From Octopus sinensis (lineage: Eukaryota), in contig NC_043019.1 of NCBI RefSeq assembly GCF_006345805.1, positions 32,673,360 to 32,737,359 on the forward strand: a DNA stretch of 64,000 bases, written 5' to 3'. A program made the translations under genes and the position numbers. Below, piece by piece: positions 35,741-48,728 of the stretch; position 1 is the first letter of the stretch; each line of letters begins with the position of its first letter. The notes under the pieces were generated by a model, which ran no database searches, was not told the origin of the DNA, and saw only the letters and a list, made by a program, of their open reading frames with translations.

Positions 35741-36856
35741 CTACACTCACTCATTACGCTACACTCAACAGCCAAACTACACTCAGAATTCACACCACAC
35801 TCTCACACTAAACTACACTCATTCACCACACTACACTCAGCTGTCACTTTACACTCATCTACCAATTTACACTCAGGTACTATAACCACACTTGTACACC
35901 AAACTACACTCGCTCACCACTCTCCATTTAACCATCATACTACACTCATTCACTCATTACACTATACTCAACAACCAAACTACACTCAGAATTCACACCA
36001 CACTCTCATGTTAAACTACACTCATTCACCACACTACACTCAGCTATCATTTTACACTCAACTACCAAATTACACTCGGATACTGCAACCACACTTGTAC
36101 ACCAAACTACACTCGGTCTCCACTCAACCACCATGCTACGCTCACTCACTCATTATGTTAAACTCAACAACCAAACTACATTCAGAATTCACACCACACT
36201 CTCACACTAAACTACACTCATTCACCACACTACACTCAGCTGTCACTTTACACTCAACTACTAATTTACACTCAGGTACTATAACCACACTTGTACACCA
36301 AACTACACTCACTCACCACTCTCCACTTAACCATCTTACTACACTCAACCACCATGCTACACTCACTCACTCATTACACTATACTCAACAACGAAACTAC
36401 ACTCAGAATTCACTCCACACTCTCACACTAAACTACACTCAGCTATCATTTTACACTCAACTACCAAATTACACTCAGATACTACAACCACACTTGTACA
36501 CCAAACTACACTCACTCACCACTCTCCACTTAACCATCACACTACACTAAACCTTGTGCCACCTCAGGTATTCAGGCAGTATTGAGCATACCCGTAGACT
36601 ACCTTGTCCACTCACAGAAGGCACACTATCAAGACCAGAAACCCTTGGTTGCATGCACAGACACCTCTCAAGCAAGAAATAACTTCCGACACTCACATGT
36701 GATGTACCTCAGTTAGCCATCTACAAAACTGTGCGGTTCTCTCCTCTCAATCAGCAGTTATTCCATCAGCATCTTTCTATCGTAAACAGCCATGTCTCGC
36801 AATAAAAATGTTAAAGATTAAAGGTTCGTGATTTTGGTTCACTTATTATACATGCA

Positions 36857-37160
36857 GAGGCGCAATGGCCCAGTAGTTAGGGCAGCGGACTCGCAGTCGG
36901 AGGATCGTGGTTTCGATTCCCAGACTGGGCGTTGTTTGTGTTTGTTGAACGAAAACACCTAAAGCTCCACGAGGCTTCGGCAGTGGGGGGTGGCGACCCC
37001 TGTTGTACTCTTTCGCCCCCAACTTTCTCTCACTTTCTTCCTGTTTCTTGAGTAACACTGCGATGGACTGGTGTCCTGTCCAGCTGGTGGGGAACACATG
37101 CTCCATACAAACCGGGAAACCGGGTCCATGAGCCTGGCTAGGCTTGAAAAGGGTACATAA
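36857..37160 (+). mobile_element. SINE family C (OR-like tRNA head)
   Basis: A and B boxes plus homology to the 13.2-14.1 kb copies. Confidence 0.88.
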
Positions 37161-37190
37161 AAAAGAAATTATACATGCAGCCAGCTAGAC

Positions 37191-37885
37191 CAGTGACCTG
37201 CAACTTTTTTTCACTTGTGGGAAACTTCTTTTCTTTTCAAAATTCGGTGGCACACCTGAACTAAAAATATAACTATAAGTATTGGGGAAAAGTATTTATT
37301 TATGTATAAAGTGGCGGGCTGCCAGAAACGTTAGCACGCCGGGCGAAATGCGTAGCTGTATTTCGTCTGCCGTTACGTTCTGAGTTCAAATTCCGCAAAA
37401 GTCGACTTTCCTTTTCATCCTTTCGGGGTCGATAAATTAAATACCAGTTATGCACTGGGGTCTATGTAATCGATTTAATCCGTTTGTCTGTCCTTGTTTG
37501 TCCCTTCTGTGTTTAGCCCCTTTTGGGTATTAAAGAAATTGGTATTTCGTCTGCTGTTACGTTTGTGAGTTCAAATTCCGCCGAGGTTGACTTTGCCTTT
37601 CATCTTTTCGGGGTCGATAAATTAAATACCAGTTGCGCACTGGGGTCGATGTAAACGACTTAATACCTATGTCTGACCTTGTTTGTCCCCTCTATCTTTA
37701 GCCCCATGTGGGTAATAAAGAATTAGGTATACTTCTTTTCTTTTCAAAATTCGGTGGCACACCTGAACTAAAAATATAACTAGAAGTATAGGGGGAAAGA
37801 AATTATATTCAAGTTACACTGCGGCACACCTACCATTGTCTCGTGGCACACCAGTGTGCCATGACATACCGGTTGCAGAGCACTG
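37191..37885. mobile_element. hAT (Charlie-like) MITE carrying a SINE B dimer (37312-37727)
   Basis: TIRs CAGTGACCTGCAAC / GTTGCAGAGCACTG and a perfect 8-bp TSD AGCTAGAC (37183-37190 and 37886-37893). Confidence 0.88.
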
Positions 37886-37969
37886 AGCTAGACCACACGA
37901 TGATGGCTATCAACAATACAATACCCACCAACAAGCAACCACAACGCAAGTCAACAAGTTTACATTGAA

Positions 37970-38336
37970 ACCACATGGTTCCGGGTTCAGTCCCACTGCG
38001 TGGCACCTTGGGCAAGTGTCTTCTACTATAGCTTCGGGCCGACCAAAGCCTTGTGAGTGGATTTGGTAGATGGAAACTGAAAGAAGCCCATCGTATATAT
38101 GTATATATATATATATGTGTATGTGTGTGTGTCTGTGTTTGTCTCCCCACTCCAACATCGCTGGACAACCGATGGTGATGTGTTTACGTCCCCATCACTT
38201 AGCAGTTCGGCAAAAGAGACTGATAGAAAAAGTACTAGGCTTACAAAGAATAAGTCCTGGGGTCGATTTGCTCGACTAAAAGCAGTGCTCCAGCATGGCC
38301 GCAGTCAAATGACTGAAACAAGTAAAAGAGTACAGA

Positions 38337-38376
<40 letters not shown>

Positions 38377-39008
38377 TGTGTGTATTATATATATGTATTC
38401 TTTTATTCTTCTACTTGTTTTAGTCAATTTACTGCAGCCATGCTGGAGCACCGCCTTTTGTCGAGGAAATCGACCCCAGGACTTATTCGTTGGAAGCCTA
38501 GTACTTATTCTATTGGTCTCTTATGCTGAACCACTAAGTTACGGGTACGTAATCACACCAACATCGGTTGTCAAGCGATGGTGGCGATTGTGGAAGACAA
38601 ACAGACACAAATATACTCACACACTCACACGTTCGTGTGCACTCGCACCCACCCACACACACACACGACAGGCTTCATTTAGTTTCCGCCTACCAAATCC
38701 ACTCACAAGGTGTTAGGCAGTGGGACTGAACTCGGAATCATGTGGTTGGGAAGAAAGCTTCTTACCACACAGCCATATACACCTACACACACATGTATGA
38801 GTGTGTGTGCATGCGTGTCACTAGTACCTGACAACCAGTATTGGTTGGTTTACGTCCCTGTAAACAAGCGGTTCGGCAAAAAGAAAATGATAAAATATTT
38901 ACGAATATTTGAAAAAAAAAAATACTGGAGCTGATTGGTTCGACCGAAATTCCTTCAAAGCGGTGCCCCAGCATGGCCGCAGTCCAGTGACTGAAACAAG
39001 TAAAAGAT
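37970..39008. mobile_element. Cluster of SINE family A copies (+ 37970-38335, - 38397-38775, + variant 38820-39008)
   Basis: Homology to family A. Confidence 0.85.
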
Positions 39009-39189
39009 CTTGTGTGTGTGTGTGCGTGCGTGTGTGTGTGTGCGTGCGTGTGTGTGTGTGTATGCGTGTGCCTTGCTAAGAAACTGCATCAGTTAGGGGA
39101 GACAACTTGGGATGAACTGAAGAAAAATGAAGTCGAGAAGGCAGAAATAGAGGATTCATCTGAAAAGTAGGAAGGAAGGGCGAAAGAAG

Positions 39190-39665
39190 CGGGAGAGAGA
39201 GAAACAGGGAGAGAAACAGAGAGAGAGAAACAGAGAGAGAGAGAGAGAGAAATAGAGAAAGGGAAACAGAGAGAGAGAGAAAGAGAGAAACGGAGAGAGA
39301 GAAAAATAGAGAGAGAGAGAAATAGAGAGAGAGAGAGAAATAGAGAGAGAGAGAAATAGAGAGAGAGAGAGATAGAGAGAGAGAGAAACATAGAGAAACA
39401 GAGGGAGAGAGAAAAAGAAATAGAGAAACGGAAACAGAGAGAGAGAAAAAAAACAGAGAGAGAGAGAGAAACGGAGAGAGAGAGAGAAACACAGTGAGAA
39501 AAACAGAGAGAGAGAATTAGAGAGAGAGAGAAATAGAGAGGGAGAGAAAGAAACAGAGAGATAGAGAAAGAGAGAGAGACAGAAACAGAGAAAGAAACAG
39601 CGGAAGAGAAACAGAGAGGGAGAGCAAGAAAAAGAAAAAGAGAGAGAAAGAGTAACAGAGAAAGG
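39190..39665. repeat. (GA)n polypurine low-complexity tract
   Basis: Seen directly. Confidence 0.95.
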
Positions 39666-40152
39666 GTTTTGTACACGAAGGGAGATAATTCAAGTCTACC
39701 AGCAGAGGTCGCTGCCGATTCGTACAACATCAACATGGCATATCAATGGGGATTCGTGAAGGAGAAGAAAATCACTTAATTGAAAGAAAACGGAACCGAG
39801 ACGAGCTGACACGCTTCGTTTAACACACATTACACTCACACACATTTATATATGTATATTGTGTGTCCGTGCCGTGTGTTTCTGGATCAGTGCATCGCAC
39901 AATTCGCGTTACCGTTAGCAATTAACTTCATTAATTAAGGGAGTACCTTGGTGTTTGTTATTTATTTTTTTACCTGCTCCCTTTGTATATATATAATTAT
40001 ATATATATATATACATATAGAGAGAGAGAGCTACCTGGAATATATATACATACTACGCACAGAAGGAATCTACAAGAAAAAAGAAGCAAAACATGACCAA
40101 ATTGAATTAATACATAAATATATATATATATAAATATAGGTATTTATGTAAT

Positions 40153-40192
<40 letters not shown>

Positions 40193-40347
40193 TAGAGAGA
40201 GCTACCTGGAATATATATACCTATATAAATACAATATATACTACGCACAGAAGGAATCTACAAGAAAAAAACGAGCAAAACATGACCAAATTGAATTAAT
40301 TCATAAATATATAAATGGAAATATATTTATTTAATTAATATATATAT

Positions 40348-40378
<31 letters not shown>

Positions 40379-41344
40379 TGCGAGTTATATACACCTGTCT
40401 CTTGTAATATAGAGCTACAAGAATATATATAGCGCGCCTACATACGCACAAAAGGAAGAAAAAGTGTAAAACAAGCTAAATATGATCAAATCGAAGTTAT
40501 AATACATAAATATATAAATATATTATGTAATTTATATATATACATTGTCAGTTAATATATATACACATCTCTTGCGTCAAAAAGGATGGCAGGTAAGTTT
40601 GTTTGTTTGTTTTATTTTGTAGTGGTTTTTTTTATTGTTTTGTTTCTTTCTTATTTTCGCTGTTGTTGTTGTTGTTATTGTAGTTGCTGCTGCTGCTTTC
40701 GATGGTTGTAAAAAAATTTCATTGATAATATATGTAATAATGTATTTATTGTCCTTGGACCTCTCCTTGCGAACATATCCGCCTCTTTTCCGTTCTTCAC
40801 TTGCCAAGAGACCCCCCCCCTTGCTCAGCTCCCACGCACACACATACACACACACACACACACATATCTATATATATTGTGTTTCACATATATTCACATG
40901 TTTAAACATCGTTTTTTTTTTTTTTGACGAGCCAACAAGGGGGGGGGGGCTCTGAGATGTCACACGATCTGCTAGAAATAGTAGCCACATTTTCCTCTAA
41001 CTACACACTACAGCCTTTAAAAAATAAAATTTAAGGGGGCGTGTTGGTTAATGTAGTTTCAAATACACTTATATTTATATTACTGGTAACATGCACTTCA
41101 GTGGGGTCACGGTTGGAATAGCTTTCAGTCGAGATTGATTGACCTGATTCTAAACAATACCGACACAGTTTTGCCTCTTCCACACATTGTGACATTTTTA
41201 TGCAAAGCGGTTAAACTCAGGGGTGGAGTTTCGGATAATGTTCCATGCATCTCTCAACTTTTTATGTTATGCCTTTCCTTTAATAATAATAAGTAATAAA
41301 CTGTCTTGGATACCAAAGATTCAGAATATGTGTGTGTATATATA

Positions 41345-41392
<48 letters not shown>

Positions 41393-41399
41393 ATATATA

Positions 41400-42088
41400 T
41401 TTCGATTTTGGATTTGGTTTGCAAGATTCTTTGTATGAGTTCGTGTGTTGAAGCATATTCTGTTGTGTCTGGGAGAGTCATTCTCTTTTAGTACCTTATT
41501 ATTTAACACACTCACCGGTAACATTTCCTCTTATTTCGTCTTTTTATTTTCCTAGGAAATAAGTGGGAAATTGTACCGGTGGGTGTGTTAAAATAATAAG
41601 GTACTAAAAGAGAATGACTCTCCCCTGACACAACAGTATATATAAATATATGTGTGTATATATAATGTATGTAACCTAAAGCTTAGGTTGACTGCTGCAT
41701 TGGAAATATCTTTTCTACCCTCCCAGGACATTATATATATATATATACATACATACCGGAGTAAACACATAAATGTGAAACAAGGTGGAAAAAAAGAGTA
41801 CTCAAATACCAGTGGTAGAGTAATATGCTTTATTTAAAGCAGCAGAAAATTCAACAAAAAAACCCCCCTTTTTTTGTTGAATTTTCTGCTGCTTTAAATA
41901 AAGTATATAGATTATATATATATATAGTGTTTGAAGTGGTGTACATTAAGAAAAAAGGAGGCAGTCCAAATTTTGGATAATTCTTTATTAGCGCTTTCGC
42001 TCTGACCGAACTCTTGAAGAGTTCGGTTAAACGATCGAAAGAGGTAATAAAGAATTGTCCAAAATTCTGACTGCCTCATTTTTTCTTA
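41400..42088. mobile_element. Three adjacent fold-back elements in (TA)n (arms 41459-41637, 41824-41906, 41947-42088)
   Basis: Long inverted repeats read directly; the third carries a hammerhead-like TTGAAGA...CGAAAGCGCTA motif. Confidence 0.7.
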
Positions 42089-42249
42089 TATGCATACATA
42101 CACCCCCTTATGTGTGTAATTTGCTTTGCTTCGTTTTCTGTATGTATAAAATGTGTGTATATACAAATATGTAGGTATTTATACATATGTATCTACATGT
42201 GTATAATATATAATGTAACGAGCGGATGTCTAGCCACTTTTGAGATTTC

Positions 42250-42667
42250 TATGTGTGTGTCTATGTATGTGTGTGTGTATGTATGTATGTGTGTGTGTGT
42301 ATGTATGTATATGTGTGTGTGTATGTATGTATATGTGTGTGTGTATGTATGTATATATGTGTGTGTTGTATGTATATATGGTGTGTGTGTGTATGATGTA
42401 TATGTGTGTGTGTGTATGTATGTATTATATGTGTGTGTGTGTGTGTATGTATGTAATATGTGTGTGTTGTGTATGTATGTATATATGTGTGTGTGTGTAT
42501 GTATGATATATGTGTGTGTTGTGTATGTATTATATATGTGTGTGTGTGATGTATGTAATATTGTGGTGTGGTGTGTATGTATGTATATATGTGTGTGTGT
42601 GTGTGGTGTATGTATGTATATATGTGTGTGTGTGTGTGTATGTATATATGTGTGTGTATGTATTGTG

Positions 42668-42700
<33 letters not shown>

Positions 42701-42727
42701 ATGTATGTATGTATATGTATATATATA
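42250..42727. repeat. (GT/AT)n compound microsatellite
   Basis: Seen directly. Confidence 0.95.
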
Positions 42728-43149
42728 AATAAACAGTCGACACAATTTCTTTTATATATATTACTTTAAATATATAATGGTATTCTTGCCTATTTGTAAT
42801 TAAGCACATTCGACACCACAAACAAGATATCAATCGAAAATCAAGGTTGAAATATGAAAATCCCCTCCAAAAAAAACGTCTATTTAATTGAGGATGCATG
42901 GCCAAATATCTCCGCCAGTGTTGGATAATAACAGGTCAAAGTGTTATGGAACCTACATTCCTGTTCTGCTTCTCCAAGACCAAATATATTTCACTCTTTG
43001 AATTACTTATGTTGTCACTTTTCGCTTAAGAAAGAAAGAAAAAAATTGCTAGTTTTCTCGTATTCTACTGTTTTATTAGGGTGATAATTAATGTGTCTTT
43101 TTATCAGGGTGTCGTAATTAATGTGGAATGTAAATTTCCAGTTTGTATC

Positions 43150-43735
43150 AACGTTGTTTAGATTTGCGAGGGAGACTATATTGTTGCTCAACCTGCTAGA
43201 AATAGTAGCTAAACACCCTCTCTCTCTCTCTTACAGACGTTGTTAGATTTGCGAGGCAGACTATTGTGTTGTTCAACCTGCTAGAAATAGTAGCTAAACA
43301 CCTCTCTCCCTCTCTTACATACGTTGTTAGATTTCCGAGGGAGACTATTGTGTTGTTCAACCTGCTAGAAATAGCAGCTAAACACCTCTCTCTCTCGCTC
43401 TCTTACATACGTTGTTAGATTTGCGAGGGAGACTATTATTGCTCAACCTGCTAGAAATAGTAGCTAAACACCCCTCTCTCTCTTACATACGTTGTTAGAT
43501 TTGCGAGGGAGACTAGTGTTGCTCAACCTGCTAGAAATAGTAGCTAAACACCTATCTCTCTCTTTTTCTTACATACGTTGTTAGATTTGCGAGGGAGACT
43601 ATTGTGTTGCTCAACCTGCTAGAAATAGTAGCTAAACAGCCCTCTCTCTCTCTCTTACAGACGTTAGATTTGCGAGGGAGACTATATTGTTGCTCAACCT
43701 GCTAGAAATAGTAGCTAAACACCTCTCTCTCTTTA
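43150..43735. repeat. Tandem repeat of about 82 bp, 7 copies
   Basis: ACGTTGTTAGATTTGCGAGGGAGAC...CTGCTAGAAATAGTAGCTAAACAC unit. Confidence 0.92.
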
Positions 43736-45001
43736 ATCGCACACTACGGTCTTATTAAAAGAGGGTAATGCCCTAGATGTACTGTGTCTGAATGAGGAAA
43801 CGAAGTGGACACGGTTGGAACGCCATTGATGTTAGAGGTTAGCTCGAAGAGAACATATATCTAGAGTTTGGCGCAACAATGGCAAGAATGTAGACGAATA
43901 TATAAAGCGAAGCAGACACAACACACACACACTCTCTCTCTCTCTCTGTCTGTCTGTCTCTGTCTCTCTCTCTCTCTCTTTGGAGAAATATTCAAGATCG
44001 AAAGCAACACGATATTGAAAGTCGTGTTGCATTCTTACACATTGAATCACAATAAGTGAGAGAGAGAAGGAGGCGGAGGTTTGGTCAGGTTGTAGTGGTG
44101 GTGGTGGTGTTGGGAGGGGGAGAAGAGTGAAAGTGAAAAGTCGGTGTGTATTATTATTATTACTTGGGAGCGATACGAGAGAGGAGTGTCTGTGAGATTT
44201 GAGTTGCGGGAGGAGGAGGAGAGTTAATACATCGTAGTTAGGGAGAGAAGCAAGGAATGTGGTTGGCGCTTTATAGAGAGGGGGTTTTTTGTTTTTTTGT
44301 TTTTCTTTTTTTTTTTTTTCTTTTTTGAGGAGCGTTGACACGTTGAAATGAAAAAGAGGAAGAATGAGCAGAGGAGGCGGAAGAGGGGGTTTACGGATTA
44401 TGCAGTGTTGGGAGTCGTGGGCGGGGGAGGGGGCTGACGGATAATTGGGTAAAGGAGGAGGAGGAGGAGGAGGTGAGGGTCTTTGACACAGAGACTGGAA
44501 GAGAAGGAGAAGGAGGTGGAGGAGGAGAGCCGGCGTTTTATGAGGAAGAAGCCGGCGATGTAGTTTGTCCAGTATCGTGGAGGCGGCGGAGGAGGAGGAG
44601 GAGGAAGGGGAGGTGGTGGAGTACTAGCACAGTGGCAGAGATATTTGGGGTGGGTGGGGGGTGGGGGGGGAACTGAGGTTTTGACTCGGTGGTGGGAGGA
44701 GCATTGTCACGTCGCGAGGAGGAGGAGAATTGACCCAGTAGAAGGAGAAGAGATGACATTGACATGGCAAGGAGGATGGTAGGCACATCTTAGTGGACAT
44801 AAGAGACGGTGAGAGGGGGAGGGGGAAATACAGAAGGATTGTTGATGGTCAGGTCAGTTCAGTTGGATTTGTTACAACAAACTAGTGTATTGATAGAATT
44901 GTGCAGAGGCAATTGGACCTGTTTCGTCACTTTTTTGCACTCTGACACTCAAATCCTGTCCAAGCCAACTTGACCTTCCATTCTGGAGTCTCTCTCCTTC
45001 T

Positions 45002-45412
45002 CTCTTTTTACTCTCTTTACTTGTTTCAGTCATTTGACTGCGGCCATGCTGGAGCACCGCCTTTAGTCGAGGAGCAAATCGACCCCCCAGACACTTATTC
45101 TTTTGTAAGCCCAGTACTTATTCTATCGGTCTCTTTTTTTTTGCCGAACCGCTAAGTGACGGCGACGTAAACACACCAGCATCGGTTGTCAAGCAATGCT
45201 AGGGGGACAAACACAGACACACAAACATACACACACACACACATATATATGACGGGCTTCTTTCAGTTTCCGTTTACCAAATCCACTCGCAAGGCTTTGG
45301 TCGGCCCGCGGCTATAGTAGAAGACACTTGCCCAAGATGCCACGCAGTGGGACTGAACCTGGAATCATGTGGTTGGTAAGCAAGCTATTTACCACACAGC
45401 CACTCCTGCACC
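45002..45412 (-). mobile_element. SINE family A, full length
   Basis: Homology to family A. Confidence 0.9.
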
Positions 45413-45929
45413 TGTAAATGTAAAGTAAAATATTTTCAGGTACCCTTAAAATACTGTTTAATTTTCCTATGAAACAGTGATTCTCGACATATGACCCTTA
45501 GGGGCCCCACATAAGATTTTGTCAAAATTTATGTGCAACTACATTGGCTATAACTTCTGCATTACACAAGATATTTTAATAGGTTTTTTTTTTGTTGTGT
45601 ATAATTTCTTATAATATCATAAAAATGTAATAGGATTTTTTAAACATGGGGTGGTTATGAGGGTCCATCTGAGGAATCAAGGAGGTCCTTAAAAAAAAAA
45701 GGGGCTGAGAAGCACTGCTATAAAACACCCAAAATGTAAGGCACCTTTGCTGATGACATGTACAAAGGCACCCGGTATACTCTGTGGAGTGGTTGGCATT
45801 AGGAAGGGCATCTAGCTGTGGAAACCAAGCCAAAACAGACTGGACTCTGGTGCAGATCTCTGGCTTTCCCGTCAAATTGTCAACCCATGCCAGCATGGAA
45901 AATGGACACATGACGGTGAATTATAATAA

Positions 45930-47580
45930 GTACATCAACATCAAATAAAAATCATATGGAAATTGTAGCTGTGATACCTGTGCCGGTGGCACGTAAAAAG
46001 CACCATCCGAACGTGGCCGATGCCAGCGCCGCCTTGACTGGCTTCCGTGTCAGTGGCACATAAAAAGCACCAACTGATCGTGGCCATTGCCAGCCTCCCC
46101 CCCTGACACCAGTGCTGGTGGCATGTAAAAAGCACCCACTACACAGAGTGGTTGGCATTAGGAAGGTCATCCAGCTGTAGAACATTGCTAGATCAGACTG
46201 GAGCCTGGTGCAGCCTCCAGGCTTCTCAGACCCCGGTCGAACCGTCTAACCCATGCTAGCATGGAAAACAGACGTTAAACTATGATGATGATGAAAAAAT
46301 TTTTTTTTAAATTAAAAGAAAGGTATCTTCTCCATGGGACTCTATCATGGGAGGAAATAATATGTAAACAAGAATATGTAAACTAAGGCAGTGAGCTGGC
46401 AGAAATGTTAGCATGCTGGGCGAAATGCCTAGCGGTATTTCATCTGCCGTTACATTCTGAGTTCAAATTCTGCCAAGGTCGACTTTGCCTTTCATCCTTT
46501 CGGGGTCGATAGATTAAGTACCAGTTACACACTGGGGTCGATGTAAACGACTTAATCCATTTGTCTATCCTTGTTTGTCCCCTCTGTGTTTAGCCCCTTG
46601 TGGGTAGTAAAGAAATAGGTATCCAGCCAAAATATTCTATTAGTTTTTCTGTTCAAACTGACCAGATCTGGCCTCTCACACTTACCCTACAATATTATTC
46701 CAAAAATAAACACTCATATCATTGAAATTTCGAAGCTACACGATGATGCATGACTAATTCAAATCAATGTGAATAAAAAAGCGTTACACTTGTCAGAGTA
46801 ATCTGAATGTTAAAGGGTTAATCTGCCCTTCTTTTTAATGACATCATCGCCTGGCACCCAACTCAAATAATTGCAAGTATTTCCAGTTAGATGGTCATAT
46901 CACAGTAGTTAAGCAACATCAACCATAATCTCGTGGCCTATGCCAGGGGCGTTACCAGCCCACTTATGCGTACCTTTCTTTCTGTGGACACTAAAACTCT
47001 GCTTGCGAAGACTTGTTGAGGCAAGTGAAATCAAAATCAAATTTGATGACTGGCGTCCGTGCTAGCGGGTTGCAAAGAGCACCATACGAGTGTGATCATT
47101 GACAGAGCAGCTAACCGGCTTCTGTGCCAGTGACACTTAAAAGGCACCATTCAAACGTGATCGTTACCAGCGTCGCACTACTGGCACTCGAGCCCTGTGC
47201 TAGTAGGGTATTAAGAGCTCCATCTGAGCGTGATCGTTGCCAGAGTGGCTATCTGGCCTCCATGCTAGTGGCATGTAAAAAAACACCATTCGAGCGTGAT
47301 CTCTACCAGCATCGCCTTACTGGCACCTGCGCCGGTGGCATGTGTGAAAGATTCAAGCGAGGTCGTTGCCAGTGCCGCCTGACTGGCCCCGTGCTGGTGG
47401 CACGTAAAAGCACCCACTACACTCTCGGAGTAGTTGGTGTAAGGAAGGGCATCCAGCTGTAGAAACTCTGCCAGATCAAGATTGAAGCCTGGTGCAGCCA
47501 TCTGGTTCGCCAGCCCTCAGTCAAAATCGTCCAACCCATGCTCGCATGGAAAGCGGACGTTAAACGATGATGATGATGAA
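45930..47580 (+). mobile_element. Family-D RTE 3' ends (45930-46293, about 46930-47580), SINE B (46387-46620) and a piggyBac-MITE right end (to 46821)
   Basis: Homology to copies elsewhere in the window. Confidence 0.8.
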
Positions 47581-48310
47581 GCCTAGTTAGTACTTTGATG
47601 GGTGACTGGGAAACCTAGGTGGTGTAAGCATCATTCACTTTTGAGTCCACTCTGTAGGATGGTTTGTGTTAGGGGAGGCATCCAGCCTTAAAAAACCATG
47701 CCAAAATGGACACTGAAGCCTGGTGCAGTATTCTGCCTAGCCAGCTCCTGTCAAACCTATTTCTTTACTACCCACAAGGAGCTAAACATAGTAGGACAAA
47801 CAAGGACAGACAAACGGATTAAGTCGATTATATCGATCCCAGTGCGTAACTGCTACTTAATTTATCGATCCCGATAGGATGAAAGGCAAAGTTGACCTCG
47901 GCAGAATTTGAACTCAGAACGTAATGCATACACACAAATACAAATACATACATACAAAGAAACATACATACACATTCACACACACAAACACACACATGCA
48001 TATGATTACTTCATCTCTTGTCAGATAATAGTTTCAAATTTTCGCACAAGGCCAGTAATTCTGGGGAAGGGTGTAAGTCGATTGATCGACCCCAGTGTTC
48101 GCCTGGTACTTAATTTATCGATCCTGAAAGGATGAAAGGTAAAGTTGACCACGGCGGAATTTGAACTCAGAACGTAATGGCAGACGAAATACGGATATGC
48201 ATTTCGCCTGGTGTGCTAACGTTTCTGCCAGCTCGCCGCCTTACTCCTGTCAAACCATCCAACCCATGCCAGCATGGAAAGTAGAAGTTAAATGATGAAA
48301 AATGGCTATA

Positions 48311-48481
48311 GGCGCAGGAATGGCTGTGTGGTAAGTAGCTTGCTTACCAACCACATGGTTTCGGGTTCAGTCTCACTGCGTGGCATCTTGGGCAAGTGTC
48401 TTCTACTATAGCCTCGGGCCGACCAATGCCTTGTGAGTGGATTTGGTTGATGGAAACTGAAAGAAGCCTGTCATATATATG

Positions 48482-48519
<38 letters not shown>

Positions 48520-48728
48520 GTGTGTGTGTGTGTGTATATGTTTGTGTGTTTGTGTTTGTCCCCCTAGCATTACTTGACAACCGATGGTGGTGTGTTTACG
48601 TCCCCGTCACCTAGCGGTTTGGCAAAAGAGACTGATAGAATAAGTCCCGGGGTCGATTTGCTTGACTAAAGGCGGTGCTCCAGCATGGCCGCAGTCAAAT
48701 GACTGAAACAAGTAAAAGAGTAAAAGAA
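48311..48728 (+). mobile_element. SINE family A, full length
   Basis: Homology to family A. Confidence 0.9.

Noticed and set aside
35738-36550. 270-aa His/Thr/Leu-rich ORF
   Set aside because: Stop-free only because the strand is G-poor satellite.
36857-36930. tRNA gene
   Set aside because: The tRNA-like head continues into a SINE body present in several copies; no proper acceptor stem.
44538-44786. Signal-peptide-like ORF MPTILLAMSMSSLLLLLG
   Set aside because: Non-ATG start in low-complexity purine-rich DNA, no recognisable domain.
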